Source of the DNA: Candidatus Marinacidobacterales bacterium
GTDB lineage: Bacteria > Acidobacteriota > Vicinamibacteria > Marinacidobacterales > SMYC01
Direction of reading: 5' to 3'
DNA length: 64,000 bases
Assembly: GCA_965197495.1 (NCBI GenBank)
Contig: OZ240210.1
Span: forward strand, 2,876,671-2,940,670
Shown here: piece after piece, positions 1 to 8,596 of the stretch
How positions within the stretch are numbered: position 1 is the stretch's first letter
Layout of the letters: every line of letters begins with the position of its first letter
Notes under the pieces: generated by a model
Seen by the model: the letters and a program-made list of their open reading frames with translations, nothing else
Told to the model about the DNA's origin: nothing
Database searches by the model: none
Position numbers and translations under genes: made by a program

Positions 1-45
1 AAGGCTCGTCCAGGAGACTGGATCGTCGGGATCACGCCAAAAAAG

Positions 46-1412
46 GGATGTGTCCCGAGGTTCGTGGAAAAAGAACGGCGCCCTCCGCTCCGTCATCAGA
101 GCATCATATCAGGCGGCAACCTCCGCGTGTTCGAGAACCTCGCTCAGACGTTGGTAGCCGTCGATGCGTCGTAGTTGAATCTGGCCAGAGGCGATAAGCC
201 CAAACAGCAAAGCGACCGCGGACTCCTCGCTGGAGAACGACGCTTGGGTTTTCGTCCGGCGTCGAAACTCGCGGTTGAGATTCTCCAGAGCATTGGTCGT
301 TCGAATCGATTTCCACATGGCACGAGGGAATTCATAGAAGGTCAGCAGCTGATTACCGGCCTCCTCTAGGCTTCGGACGACGGCCGGCGCGAGAGGCGTC
401 CACTTGGCGACGAGCTCGTCATAGGCTTTGCGAGCATCGATCCCGTTCTTGGCGTAGACGATCCGGTTGTAGTCACGCCGGAGCTCACGGCGTGCGTGCG
501 CCGGGCAATGTTCGAGCAAGTTGGCGCGCTTGTGCTCGGTACATCGCTGCAACCGGCACCCCGGCCACTTCTCCAGCGCTTTCGTCAGCCCCTTGTGGCC
601 GTCGCTGATCACTAGCTTGGGAGCCCGGAGTCCTCGAGCCTGAAGTCCCTCCAGCACGGAGCCCCAATGCGTCGAGGCTTCGCTCACCGCCAGACGCAAT
701 GACAACAGACGTTTCTGCCCGTCTGGCGCGACCCCGAGCGCGACCAGTACGGGTACGCTGATCACACGTTTCGCCATCCGCACTTTCAGGAGGAAGCCGT
801 CCAGGTAAACGATCGCGTAGACCTCCTCGCTGAGAGCACGGTTCTGCCATTCCTCGAAGCGCTCCTTCAGCCGGCTAACCACGCGAGACACCGCGCTCTT
901 CGATAGGTGCTCCTCACCGAGCAGTGGTTTCAGCGCTTTGCGGATCCGGCGGCTATTCGCGCCCGACAAGTACGTCCCCAAGATCGCCTCGTCGACCTCA
1001 CGAGTCCGGCGTGCATACCGGGGCAACAGCTCGCTCCTGAACTCTGTCGTCTCTCCCGTTTCCTCGTCTCGCACGCGGGCTCGTGGTACACGGAGCTCGC
1101 GAGTTCCCACCGACATCGTCACGCGACGGGTTTCGGCTCCGTTGCGATACCCACGGCGGTCTTCCGCACGCTCGTAGCTACGACACCCCAGCGCTTGGTC
1201 GACTTCTTCCTCGAGCACGACCTCGATCGCCTCCAGTACCCGCTTACGCAGCCGAAGTTGGACGAACTCCCGGTACTCGCTTACAGACTCCTTCGATATG
1301 GTGGTAGGCTTCTTCATGGCGTAATCCTCCTCCTCGCCTTTCCAGGCGCGGTTTCGTTTTGTTTAACCGGAGGTTACGCCATTCTTATTTCCACGGGAAG
1401 CGGGACAGATCC
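46..1412 (-). mobile_element. IS256-family insertion sequence with imperfect 26-bp terminal inverted repeats and an 8-bp target-site duplication CAAAAAAG
   Basis: Left IR at 45-70 is GGGATGTGTCCCGAGGTTCGTGGAAA; the right end 1388-1413 reverse-complements to GGGATCTGTCCCGCTTCCCGTGGAAA. CAAAAAAG is found at both 38-45 and 1413-1420. Confidence 0.75.
109..1317 (-). CDS. IS256-family (Mutator-like) transposase, 402 aa
   Basis: The translation has the YLDGFLLKVR, ISDGHKGL, CTEHKRANLL and NALENLNREFRRRTK motifs typical of IS256 transposases, and the ORF spans almost the whole element. Confidence 0.85.
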   Translation of the reverse strand: MKKPTTISKESVSEYREFVQLRLRKRVLEAIEVVLEEEVDQALGCRSYERAEDRRGYRNGAETRRVTMSVGTRELRVPRARVRDEETGETTEFRSELLPRYARRTREVDEAILGTYLSGANSRRIRKALKPLLGEEHLSKSAVSRVVSRLKERFEEWQNRALSEEVYAIVYLDGFLLKVRMAKRVISVPVLVALGVAPDGQKRLLSLRLAVSEASTHWGSVLEGLQARGLRAPKLVISDGHKGLTKALEKWPGCRLQRCTEHKRANLLEHCPAHARRELRRDYNRIVYAKNGIDARKAYDELVAKWTPLAPAVVRSLEEAGNQLLTFYEFPRAMWKSIRTTNALENLNREFRRRTKTQASFSSEESAVALLFGLIASGQIQLRRIDGYQRLSEVLEHAEVAA

Positions 1413-1413
1413 C

Positions 1414-1897
1414 AAAAAAGCTCGACAACCAACTTGCTTACGCGATGAGAGTAGATGAATCGCTGACCTTCACGGAGTATTGGTCGGACCGTAGGTTCAG
1501 AGGGAAGCGTCCCCGGTGGCGCAAAGCAGCCCCAATTGTAGAGAAGTGTGGTGATAACTGCTATGCACCGACTAGCGACGGCGAGTTCCGGCAGCTGCGG
1601 TCCAGGCACTGGGATCACGGTAGAAATCGCGAGAATCGGCGGCAGAAGATGACGGACCTCGGGGGCGAGCGCGTCCTTGTCGGACGTCGGTTCTGTTACT
1701 TCGGGGGCGACGCGATTCCTTTCCCTGCTGACGTCTCCTTCCGACCACCCGCTCGGTTCAACCGTGTCAACTTCACCGACGAGGAGAGGGGCGGGCTGCA
1801 AGAATTTCTCGAGGATCTCCCTCAGGGTATCCAGGGCAAACCGAGGAACTGGCCGAAGGATGACGGGTTCTGGCGGGAAAGTGAGCGATGCGGCTAA
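1414..1897 (+). CDS. C-terminal part of hypothetical 'gene A'; its reading frame stays open upstream across the IS256 insertion point and off the window start, so the gene is split by IS256
   Basis: Removing the IS and one TSD copy gives a frame (KARPGDWIVGITPKKLDNQLAYAMRVDESLTFTEYW...) with no stop from position 1 onward. The ORF-track Met at 1445 is probably internal. Confidence 0.45.
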
Positions 1898-2736
1898 TTC
1901 TGAGCCGTAAGGGATTCGACTCATCAAGCGGTGGTTGTCCCAGTCCGATCTTCCCTGACTGCTCCATGATCGCGCTTCCGATCCCAGACAAGCGGTCCCG
2001 TGTGCGTTACCTGGATCTTTCTTGGCGTGGACGCAATCTCGGAGAGCTAGTTGCGAAACTCACTCGCGGGAAGCAGAGAAGCGACTACCGGGCCCATCTC
2101 GACCCCGACCTGAGGCGGGACATTTGGCCAAGAAAGCCAGGTTGGTGTCCAACGCTCGGTCAGATTGGAAGCGCACAGGGGCACCTCCGAAAACAGGGTG
2201 TTGGGCCCGGAGATTTGTTCCTATTCTGGGCATCATTTCGGCGAGTCGATGAGGACCTCCGATGGAAGGGCGGCACCGAGCATCACATTTGGGGCTGGCT
2301 CCAAATCGGCGATGTAGTGTCCGTGGATGAGGTCCTTCGCAACGGCGGCAAGGAATGGGGCTGGGCAATGACACATCCGCACTTGTCCTTCCCGCGCGAT
2401 CCTACGAATACGCTCTACATCGCGTCCGGTGAACTTTCACTGCCTGGGCCTCCGACTCCAGGCGCTGGCGTCTTCGATTATGTCGATGATGCTCGCCGCC
2501 TCACTGCCCCGGACGCGACGAAGCCATCGGAGTGGTCTTTGCCCATCGGATTCTTACCGAAGGGAAGACCGCCACTCAGCTATCACAAGTCGCCAGATCG
2601 CTGGTCCCAATGCGGTCAAAGGGCTCGGCTTCGCTCCGTCTCGCGTGGGCAAGAGTTTGTCCTCGACCTTGCACTGTATCCCGAGTTGATCGGTTGGTTG
2701 ACGGAGATTATCGCTGGGAGCCGAAGGACTAGGTGA
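1888..2736 (+). CDS. Hypothetical 282-aa protein translationally coupled to gene A; possible PUA-like beta-barrel segment
   Basis: It shares an ATGcggcTAA 10-nt overlap with the upstream ORF. The N-terminus reads MRLILSRKGFDSSSGGCPSP, and a GPGDLFLFW...HHIWGWLQIGDVVSVDEV segment resembles EVE/ASCH-type folds. The fold assignment is tentative. Confidence 0.45.
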   Translation: MRLILSRKGFDSSSGGCPSPIFPDCSMIALPIPDKRSRVRYLDLSWRGRNLGELVAKLTRGKQRSDYRAHLDPDLRRDIWPRKPGWCPTLGQIGSAQGHLRKQGVGPGDLFLFWASFRRVDEDLRWKGGTEHHIWGWLQIGDVVSVDEVLRNGGKEWGWAMTHPHLSFPRDPTNTLYIASGELSLPGPPTPGAGVFDYVDDARRLTAPDATKPSEWSLPIGFLPKGRPPLSYHKSPDRWSQCGQRARLRSVSRGQEFVLDLALYPELIGWLTEIIAGSRRTR

Positions 2737-2837
2737 GTCGATGAGCGACAAGAACCGAGAAGAACTCAAAAAGAAGGCAACCGCATACCACGAAGAAGCG
2801 CATGCAGTCGTCTGCCGCCATTACGGAGCCTGCATCG

Positions 2838-2960
2838 GGTTCCCCCGTACGCGCGCGGGGAGATACGGTCTAGAAACGGGATGCCACACTCCCGGCGAGG
2901 ACTTGGATCCAGGTCCTGACGGCGTAGCCGGGGCAAGAGGCGTGCCGCGCGTGGACCTGC
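2838..2960. repeat. About 120-bp dispersed repeat ('repeat E'), second copy at 24415-24535
   Basis: The string gggttcccc(c)gtacgcgc...cagaaacgggatgcca..ctcccggcga.gac.tggatc...ggggcaaga recurs at about 85% identity in the two places. Confidence 0.6.
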
Positions 2961-3139
2961 TGCCTGGTTGGGATCGTTGTTAGGACACGCCGCCAACCTC
3001 CTCTGGGTGTCCGATCGTGTCCGAACGTGGGGCCTTCTAAGCCAGACCGCGTGGCTGTTGACTTCAGGCGGAAATCGATATCCGCGGTAGCTCGGCGTGT
3101 CGCTTTTCATCCGCCCAGTCTGTCAGGCGCCAGCTTCAT

Positions 3140-3505
3140 TTGACAGTACCTCCGCGTGTTATTTGCTATCCGATGATGCTACGATCATCTCGTTATGCCC
3201 CGACGCAAGATACGTGTCCTTCTGGCTGGCTGGGTCAACCGCCAGCAGCAGGATGTGATCGACCACTTGCGAGAGGAGAACCGTGTGCTCCGAGCCGGGC
3301 TTCGGGGCAAGCGTCTCAGTCTCTCTGACGACGATCGGCGCAGGCTCGCCGTCAAGGCCCAGGCTTTGGGCCGCGAGGCGCTGGCCCAGATTGCGTCCGT
3401 TGCCACACCCGCTACGCTTCTGCGCTGGTACCGCTACCTCGTCGCAGCCAAGTACGATGGCAGCAAGAACCGGAGCCCAGGCCGACCTCCGAACGGCGAC
3501 GGAGG
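3140..3505 (+). pseudogene. 5' fragment (about 110 codons) of a diverged IS481-like transposase gene; no terminal IR and 3' truncated
   Basis: The stretch [33 protein letters not shown]...[26 protein letters not shown] is about 90% identical to the N-terminus of the intact transposase at 29578-30654, and homology ends near 3505. Confidence 0.7.
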
Positions 3506-3607
3506 GTCACCAGGGGCAGCGTGACGGAGCGGTTCAAGGCCGTCAAGAACGGGCAGGGGAACGACGATGAACGAGATTGAACCGCTCCGGGTTTTCCGGA
3601 GACTGTT

Positions 3608-3726
3608 TTAGTCGAGTCTCGCCATCTCTAGCGAGCCTTCCTGCGACCGATAGTAGTTCATCTCGTACTCGACGGGGGTGACATTTCCGATAGGCTCCAA
3701 GAGTCGTTGCGTGTTGTACCAATGCC
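3608..3726 (-). pseudogene. C-terminal tail (about 39 codons) of another rve-type (IS481/IS3-like) transposase, cut off by the IS481-like insertion at 3727
   Basis: The translation GHWYNTQRLLEPIGNVTPVEYEMNYYRSQEG* matches the conserved integrase C-terminal pattern (YN..R.H..L...TP.E...NYY). Upstream of it the frame runs into IR sequence. Confidence 0.5.
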
Positions 3727-5157
3727 CCCCGTCCTGTGCCAAAACTCGGCCCTTTTGAAATAGGCCATAAATCAGCAGCTTAGTGTCTGTGTTTGCGCCG
3801 GGGCCAAGGGCCGTAGGCTTTACAATCGTCTGGCCCGAGGGTGTTATCTTCAGCTCCATGATGACGTACCACGTGCAATTCCTACTGCTCGTTCTAGCTG
3901 GCTGGGTCAACCGCCAGCAGCAGGATGTGATCGACTACCAGCAAGAGGAGAACCGTGTGCTCCGAGCCGGGCTTCGGGGCAAGCGTCTCAGGCTCTCGGA
4001 CGACGAGCGGCGCAGGCTCGCGGTCAAGGCCCAGACTTTGGGCCGCGAGGCGCTGGCCCAGATTGCGTCCGTTGCCACACCCGCTACGCTTCTGCGCTGG
4101 TACCGCCACCTCATCGCAGCCAAGTACGATGGCAGCAAGAACCGGAGTCCAGGCCGACCTCCGACGGCGAAGGACATCCGTGAGCTCATTGTGCGCGTGG
4201 CGCGGGAGAACCCGACGTGGGGATATACGCGCCTGCGAGGCGCACTCAAGAACCTAGGACATGAACTCGGACGCAACACTATCAAGAGGATCCTCGCCGA
4301 GCACGTATCGCTCCTGCGCCGGAGCGGGGCAGGAGCATGTCGTGGAGCACCTTCATCAAGGCTCATTGGGGCGCCATCGCTGCGACAGACCTGTTCACCG
4401 TCGAGGTTGTGAACCCGTTCGGGCTCGTCCGCTACCATGTCCTGTTTGTCATCGATATCGCCACTCGCTGCGTGTGCATCGGTGGGATAACGTCGGACCC
4501 CAACGGGGAGTGGATGGAGCAGGTGGCAAGAAACCTCACTGACATGTGGGATGGTTTCCTCCTTGGCAAGCGATACCTCATCCACGACCGGGACCCGCTA
4601 TTCACCGAGGCGGTACGTGGGCTGTTGAGAGATTCAGGCGTGAAGCCCCTTCGCCTTCCCGCTAATAGTCCGAATCTGAACGCATATGCGGAAAGATTCG
4701 TTCTCTCCATACGTCGAGAGTGTCTCGACCGCTTCGTACCTCTCAGTGAGCGACACCTGCGCACAGCGGTACCGAATACGTAGTGCACTATCACACAGAA
4801 CGGAACCACCAAGGTCTCGGCAACGAGCTCCTCACACCTCTGCCGGCAAGCGCGAATGACGCTGGCCCCATCGTGTCGCGAGAGCGACTTGGGGGCATTC
4901 TCAACTACTACTGCCGTGCCGCGTAGATGGTCGCCGGCGACGGTAGCCCCTCGGCGGGCTCGACCGGCGTAGCGTGGAAACAGCTTCAGGAACACGCTTC
5001 GATATTCGCTCTCGACTAGGAGGTCATCTGCATGGTGACGACCCGCCCGCCCAAGACGATTGTAAAGCCCACGGCCCTTGGCCCGGTCGCAAACACAGAC
5101 ACTAAGTTGCTGATTTATGGCCTATTTCAAAAGGGCCGAGTTTTGGCACAGGACGGG
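3727..5157 (+). mobile_element. IS481-like element copy 1, about 1431 bp with roughly 110-bp near-perfect terminal inverted repeats; the transposase is inactivated by two 1-bp deletions
   Basis: It is co-linear and over 98% identical with the intact copy at 29453-30885. A G is lost near 4300 (gcacgtatcg vs gcacggtatcg) and an A near 4780 (gcggtaccgaat vs gcggtaaccgaat), which splits the ORF into 3783-4412, 4337-4783 and a downstream piece. Confidence 0.85.
3840..4925 (+). pseudogene. IS481-family DDE transposase gene with two frameshifts
   Basis: This is the comparison with the 381-aa ORF at 29509-30654 described above. Confidence 0.8.
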
Positions 5158-5164
5158 ATAACGT

Positions 5165-5407
5165 CTATTTGCCGTCGCGTCCCTTACGGTACTTGTCTCG
5201 CAGCTTCTGGGTAAACCGCTTGAGTCTGGCCTTGGCGTGCTCGATGTCTGGCTGTGCGTCCCGCCAGGCGTCCTTGGAGCGAGGTTTGACCTCCTCGTTA
5301 AACACACGTGTGGCGTTGGTTAATGTCTCTTTGGCTTTAGCTCGTACCTCCGGACGACGTGCTAGTTCTCGTGCAGCGCGGATGGCGAGACGTCGCAGGA
5401 GGGTCAT
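5165..5407 (-). CDS. Hypothetical small basic protein of 80 aa
   Basis: It is an ORF only, directly abutting the IS end at 5157, with no recognisable domain. Confidence 0.2.
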   Translation of the reverse strand: MTLLRRLAIRAARELARRPEVRAKAKETLTNATRVFNEEVKPRSKDAWRDAQPDIEHAKARLKRFTQKLRDKYRKGRDGK

Positions 5408-5589
5408 GGCTCACTCTAGTATAGACGGAGCCTTCCTTCCCAAATGATGATCGCAACGACTAAGAGCACGTGGGTCACGGAGAGAAAGCGCTTGAATTCA
5501 CGAGAATTGCCACTATGCCCCAGGCTGGTCAAAATACTTGAGCGCCCAGCGGGTCAGCAGTTTGCAGCTTTCCAACGGCTGCTTGAATC

Positions 5590-5720
5590 CGGCATCGCGG
5601 TCGGATACGTATTCCAGTTCAGCGGAAGGAGTCGCGATGAACTGGAAGACCATGCTGAGCTCGTCGTGTCCAAAAACACAAGCGAACTCAAGATCTGCGT
5701 GCCGAGACGTTTCGGATGAT
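5590..5720 (+). repeat. Fragment of the 5' region of an IS481 lineage-3 element (like 62120-62230) fused to a copy of short repeat A
   Basis: cggatacgtattccagttcagcggaaggagtcgcgATGAACTGGAAGACCATGCT matches the sequence upstream of and at the start of the transposase at 62177, and is followed by cgtcgtgtccaaaaacacaagcgaactcaag. Confidence 0.6.
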
Positions 5721-6062
5721 GATTGCCTGCAAGCACGCCCGCCAACAGACCCTTTCCACTATCGCCGTGGACAAGCCCACCGTCCATTGAAGGGAAGTGT
5801 CACGAGCAGCCGGAAGTAGTTCTCACCGGGGCGATGTCCCGGAAGTGGCGTCGCTCAGATGCCGATTGATGCGGCTTGTGGCCGCGAGCTCCGTGCGGAT
5901 TCCGTGACCACACGGTTATGTTGGCAAGCATGGCCGTCGTGGGCGTCAGCGTGATGTGGAATCGGACCGCCTGATTCACCTGATCATGGTAGGCTCCATC
6001 CGTTAAGAATCAGGGACGGCACCCGGCGAAAACTTGATGCCCTCGGAGACATTTCCCGGACA

Positions 6063-6497
6063 CGAATTCGAGGTTTGACCAATTCGAATTCCGCTATTCG
6101 CCTTCTCCTCAGACGCGATCTAGGCGTTAAGCGTCTTCTCATTGTCTGCGCGATTAAGCGCAAAAATGGACACGATAAGCCCCCAAATCGCCCCAAATTG
6201 CCCGTTGATGGCCTGTTTTGCTCTGTTTCTGATCGTTTCCAGCCAAGAATCGGAAGCTCCACTCGAGCCTGCCGACTGCGATAGCCGGAAAGGTGTTCCC
6301 GTCGACGAAACGTCCGCCGATGAGACGTAAAGCCTTTTGCAACAATGCGTAACGGCCGGAGCCGCCTCCGGAGGGTTTACGACACGGCCCTCTTTCAGGC
6401 GTCCAGGAGGTTGAGGTTTGCCGTATAGAAAAGCTGATTGAAGCAAATTCGATTCCGGCTCGAACGACCACCCGTCGATGATGCGTGCGTGGGCCAG
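6063..6497 (+). repeat. About 435-bp repeat C, copy 1; an inverted partner lies at 12812-13243
   Basis: The reverse complement of 12812-13243 aligns with this segment over its whole length at roughly 85-90% identity, with one indel of about 15 bp. Confidence 0.75.
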
Positions 6498-6705
6498 CAC
6501 GTGACAGAAAGTGACTCACGCCCGGCGCAGCTCGTTCGTAGCGCGCAAGGTGTCCAAGCTCGACATCGTCCAGGCTACGCTCGGGGTTCCGTTGTAGCGA
6601 CGCGGTATCGAGGAGATGGCGAAGCGCTTCGAGATCGGTGCACCCGAGCTCGAGGGCGTGGGCGACGGTCTCACGAAGCTTGTCGTATCCGTGCTTGCGC
6701 CCTCG

Positions 6706-7007
6706 TCCTGTGCCAAAACTCAGCCCTTTTGAAATAGACCATAAATCAGCAGCTTAGCGACTGGGCCAAGGGCCCTTAGGCTCTACAGTTACCCAAAACC
6801 CGCGGTCGACGTTCGAGAGCCGCGGCCGTTTCACCGAACGGCGGAGGACGGCGAGCTGCTGCCGAAGAGCGACATTGTCGAGAGCCAGCTCGCGACGAGC
6901 CTTGAAGACGGAGATGAGAGCGCGAACAAACGACGAAATCAAGCAGGCATGGTGCCGGCAGACTAATCAAGTTTGGGGCGCCCGGATGAATAAATAGAAG
7001 GCACAGG
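6706..7007 (-). mobile_element. 302-bp MITE-like element with termini GTCCTGTGCC...GGCACAGG; its left subterminal 70 bp equals the IS481-like IR, and it carries a 62-codon relic of a transposase N-terminus
   Basis: Near-identical copies lie at 17105-17413 and 18503-18788. The internal ORF reads MISSFVRALISVFKARRELALDNVALRQQLAVLRR, an HTH-type transposase N-terminus. Confidence 0.7.
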
Positions 7008-7018
7008 CGGCAGAGGCG

Positions 7019-8041
7019 ATTCACGCCACTCGTGGCAGTACGCCGCGCCTGAACCAGAACGCGCTGGTGTTTCTTGCGGCCGACAAGGTGCGGCTTCAGG
7101 ATCTCGAGGACGCGATTCGCCGGTATCTGGCGTGGGAATCCATCGTTGAGGACAAGAAGGTCCTGAACCTGGACCAGCAGCAACTCAAGCAGGCCGAAGC
7201 CCAGCAGCAAGCGGCGAACGGTACTGCGACGGCACAACTGCCTGAGACGTATCAGTGGGTCCTCGTGCCCACGCAGCGTACGCCGCAGGAGGCCATGCAG
7301 TGGCAGGTACTGAGGCTCGGAGGTCAGGATCCGTTAGCAGTAAGGGCCTCGAAGAAGCTGCGTGCGGACGAGCTGTTGCTGACGAGTCTCGGGGCCACCG
7401 TGCCCAGAAAGTACCTGGACGACATTCCGCTGTGGCGTGGAAACCACGTTGACGTGCGCCAGCTCACCGAGGATTTCGCTCGCTACCTATATCTTCCGCG
7501 CTTGGCCGATAGCAAAGTACTCGTACGGACTATCGAAGACGGCATCGGATTGCTCACTTGGCAGACCGATACCTTCGGGTTCGCAGAGAGCTTTGACGAG
7601 ACCGATGTCCGGTACCGTGGTCTCCGTGGTGGGCAGGTCCTTAGGCTCGCTGCGGGTGCGTTGGGGATGCTCGTGAGACCAGACGCCGCGCACACACAAT
7701 TGGACGCCGAGGTTCTCCCCAGCAAACCGGAGACTGGCACGAGCCCACCCACGATACCGAGCACCGACAAGTCGCCGGTAGAGCCACTAGGCAAAGCTCC
7801 GGAGCGCCTGACGCGGTTTCATGGAACGGTGCGGCTTGCCCCTGCCCGCATCGGCCGGGATGCCGGCCGGATCGGCGAGGAGCTCATCGCGCATCTCTCG
7901 GGCCTTGTCGATGCAGACGTGCAGGTGACCCTAGAGATTGAGGCGCACATGCCAAATGGCGCGCCTGAGCAGGCCGTTCGGACCGTCACCGAGAACGCGC
8001 GGACACTGAAGTTCATGAGTCAAGGGTTCGAGAAGGAGTAG
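7019..8041 (+). pseudogene. C-terminal about 340 codons of a large DUF499-like (defence-island ATPase family) gene, 5'-truncated by the MITE at 6706-7007
   Basis: The frame is open from the MITE boundary (a stop lies inside the MITE end) and reads ...NQNALVFLAADKVRLQDLEDAIRRYLAWESIVEDKKVLNLDQQQLKQAEAQ...YQWVLVPTQ. The family assignment is from memory of DUF499 C-termini. Confidence 0.5.
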
Positions 8042-8172
8042 GCTTCTCGTGAAGACCCAGAAGGAGTCCCTTTGCGGAAAATCGTGTCCTGAACAACCAG
8101 AAGAGGACGGTGGCTTCTGTCCGTCTTACCGGAAAGCTCACTCTCGAAGGGGACCGTTTTATGGGAGTAAGG

Positions 8173-8535
8173 TTAGGTGACGTGAGTATCCAAGGCAACA
8201 TCAAACCACTTCGATCGCTCGTTGAGTCCCTTCAGGTTCGTGGGTCGTGGAATCGAAGTTGCTCCGGTTCTCGGAGTCGACGTTCCTTCCTCATCAGCAC
8301 CTCCTTCGCTTTTCGAAGAACAATTCTGAGCCTCTTCATCGCCGGGAAACGGGCCTGGAACCAGACGTTCGACCTCGCACAGCTCTCCGATCAGGCGAAG
8401 CACTTCGGAGCACGCCTGCGGGTAGTGCTCGCTGGCTTCATCGAACTTCCGTTTGACGTGCGCCCAGCAATGGGCGAGTCGAAGCTCGGGGGCATCGCGA
8501 TCACTCGCTGCTTTTCTGGTGTTGTGGATGGTCAC
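8173..8535 (-). pseudogene. IS66-family transposase (TnpC) internal/C-terminal fragment
   Basis: It carries the HCWAHVKRKFDEA motif characteristic of IS66 TnpC, and no full-length ORF is present. Confidence 0.6.
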
Positions 8536-8596
8536 ACGCGTGACAGAAAGGTCATTCTAGATCCGAGCTGTCGGGAATCGAGCGCAGCTTTCGGTA

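Noticed and set aside
3608-3910. ORFs that read through IS481-like terminal repeats, for example 3608-3910, 5032-5214, 23579-23824, 30747-30974 and 37766-38068, each containing ...[28 protein letters not shown]
   Set aside because: The shared peptide is simply the translation of the about 110-bp IR, which has an open frame. These are not genes, although the 39 codons outside the IR at 3608-3726 are a genuine transposase tail.
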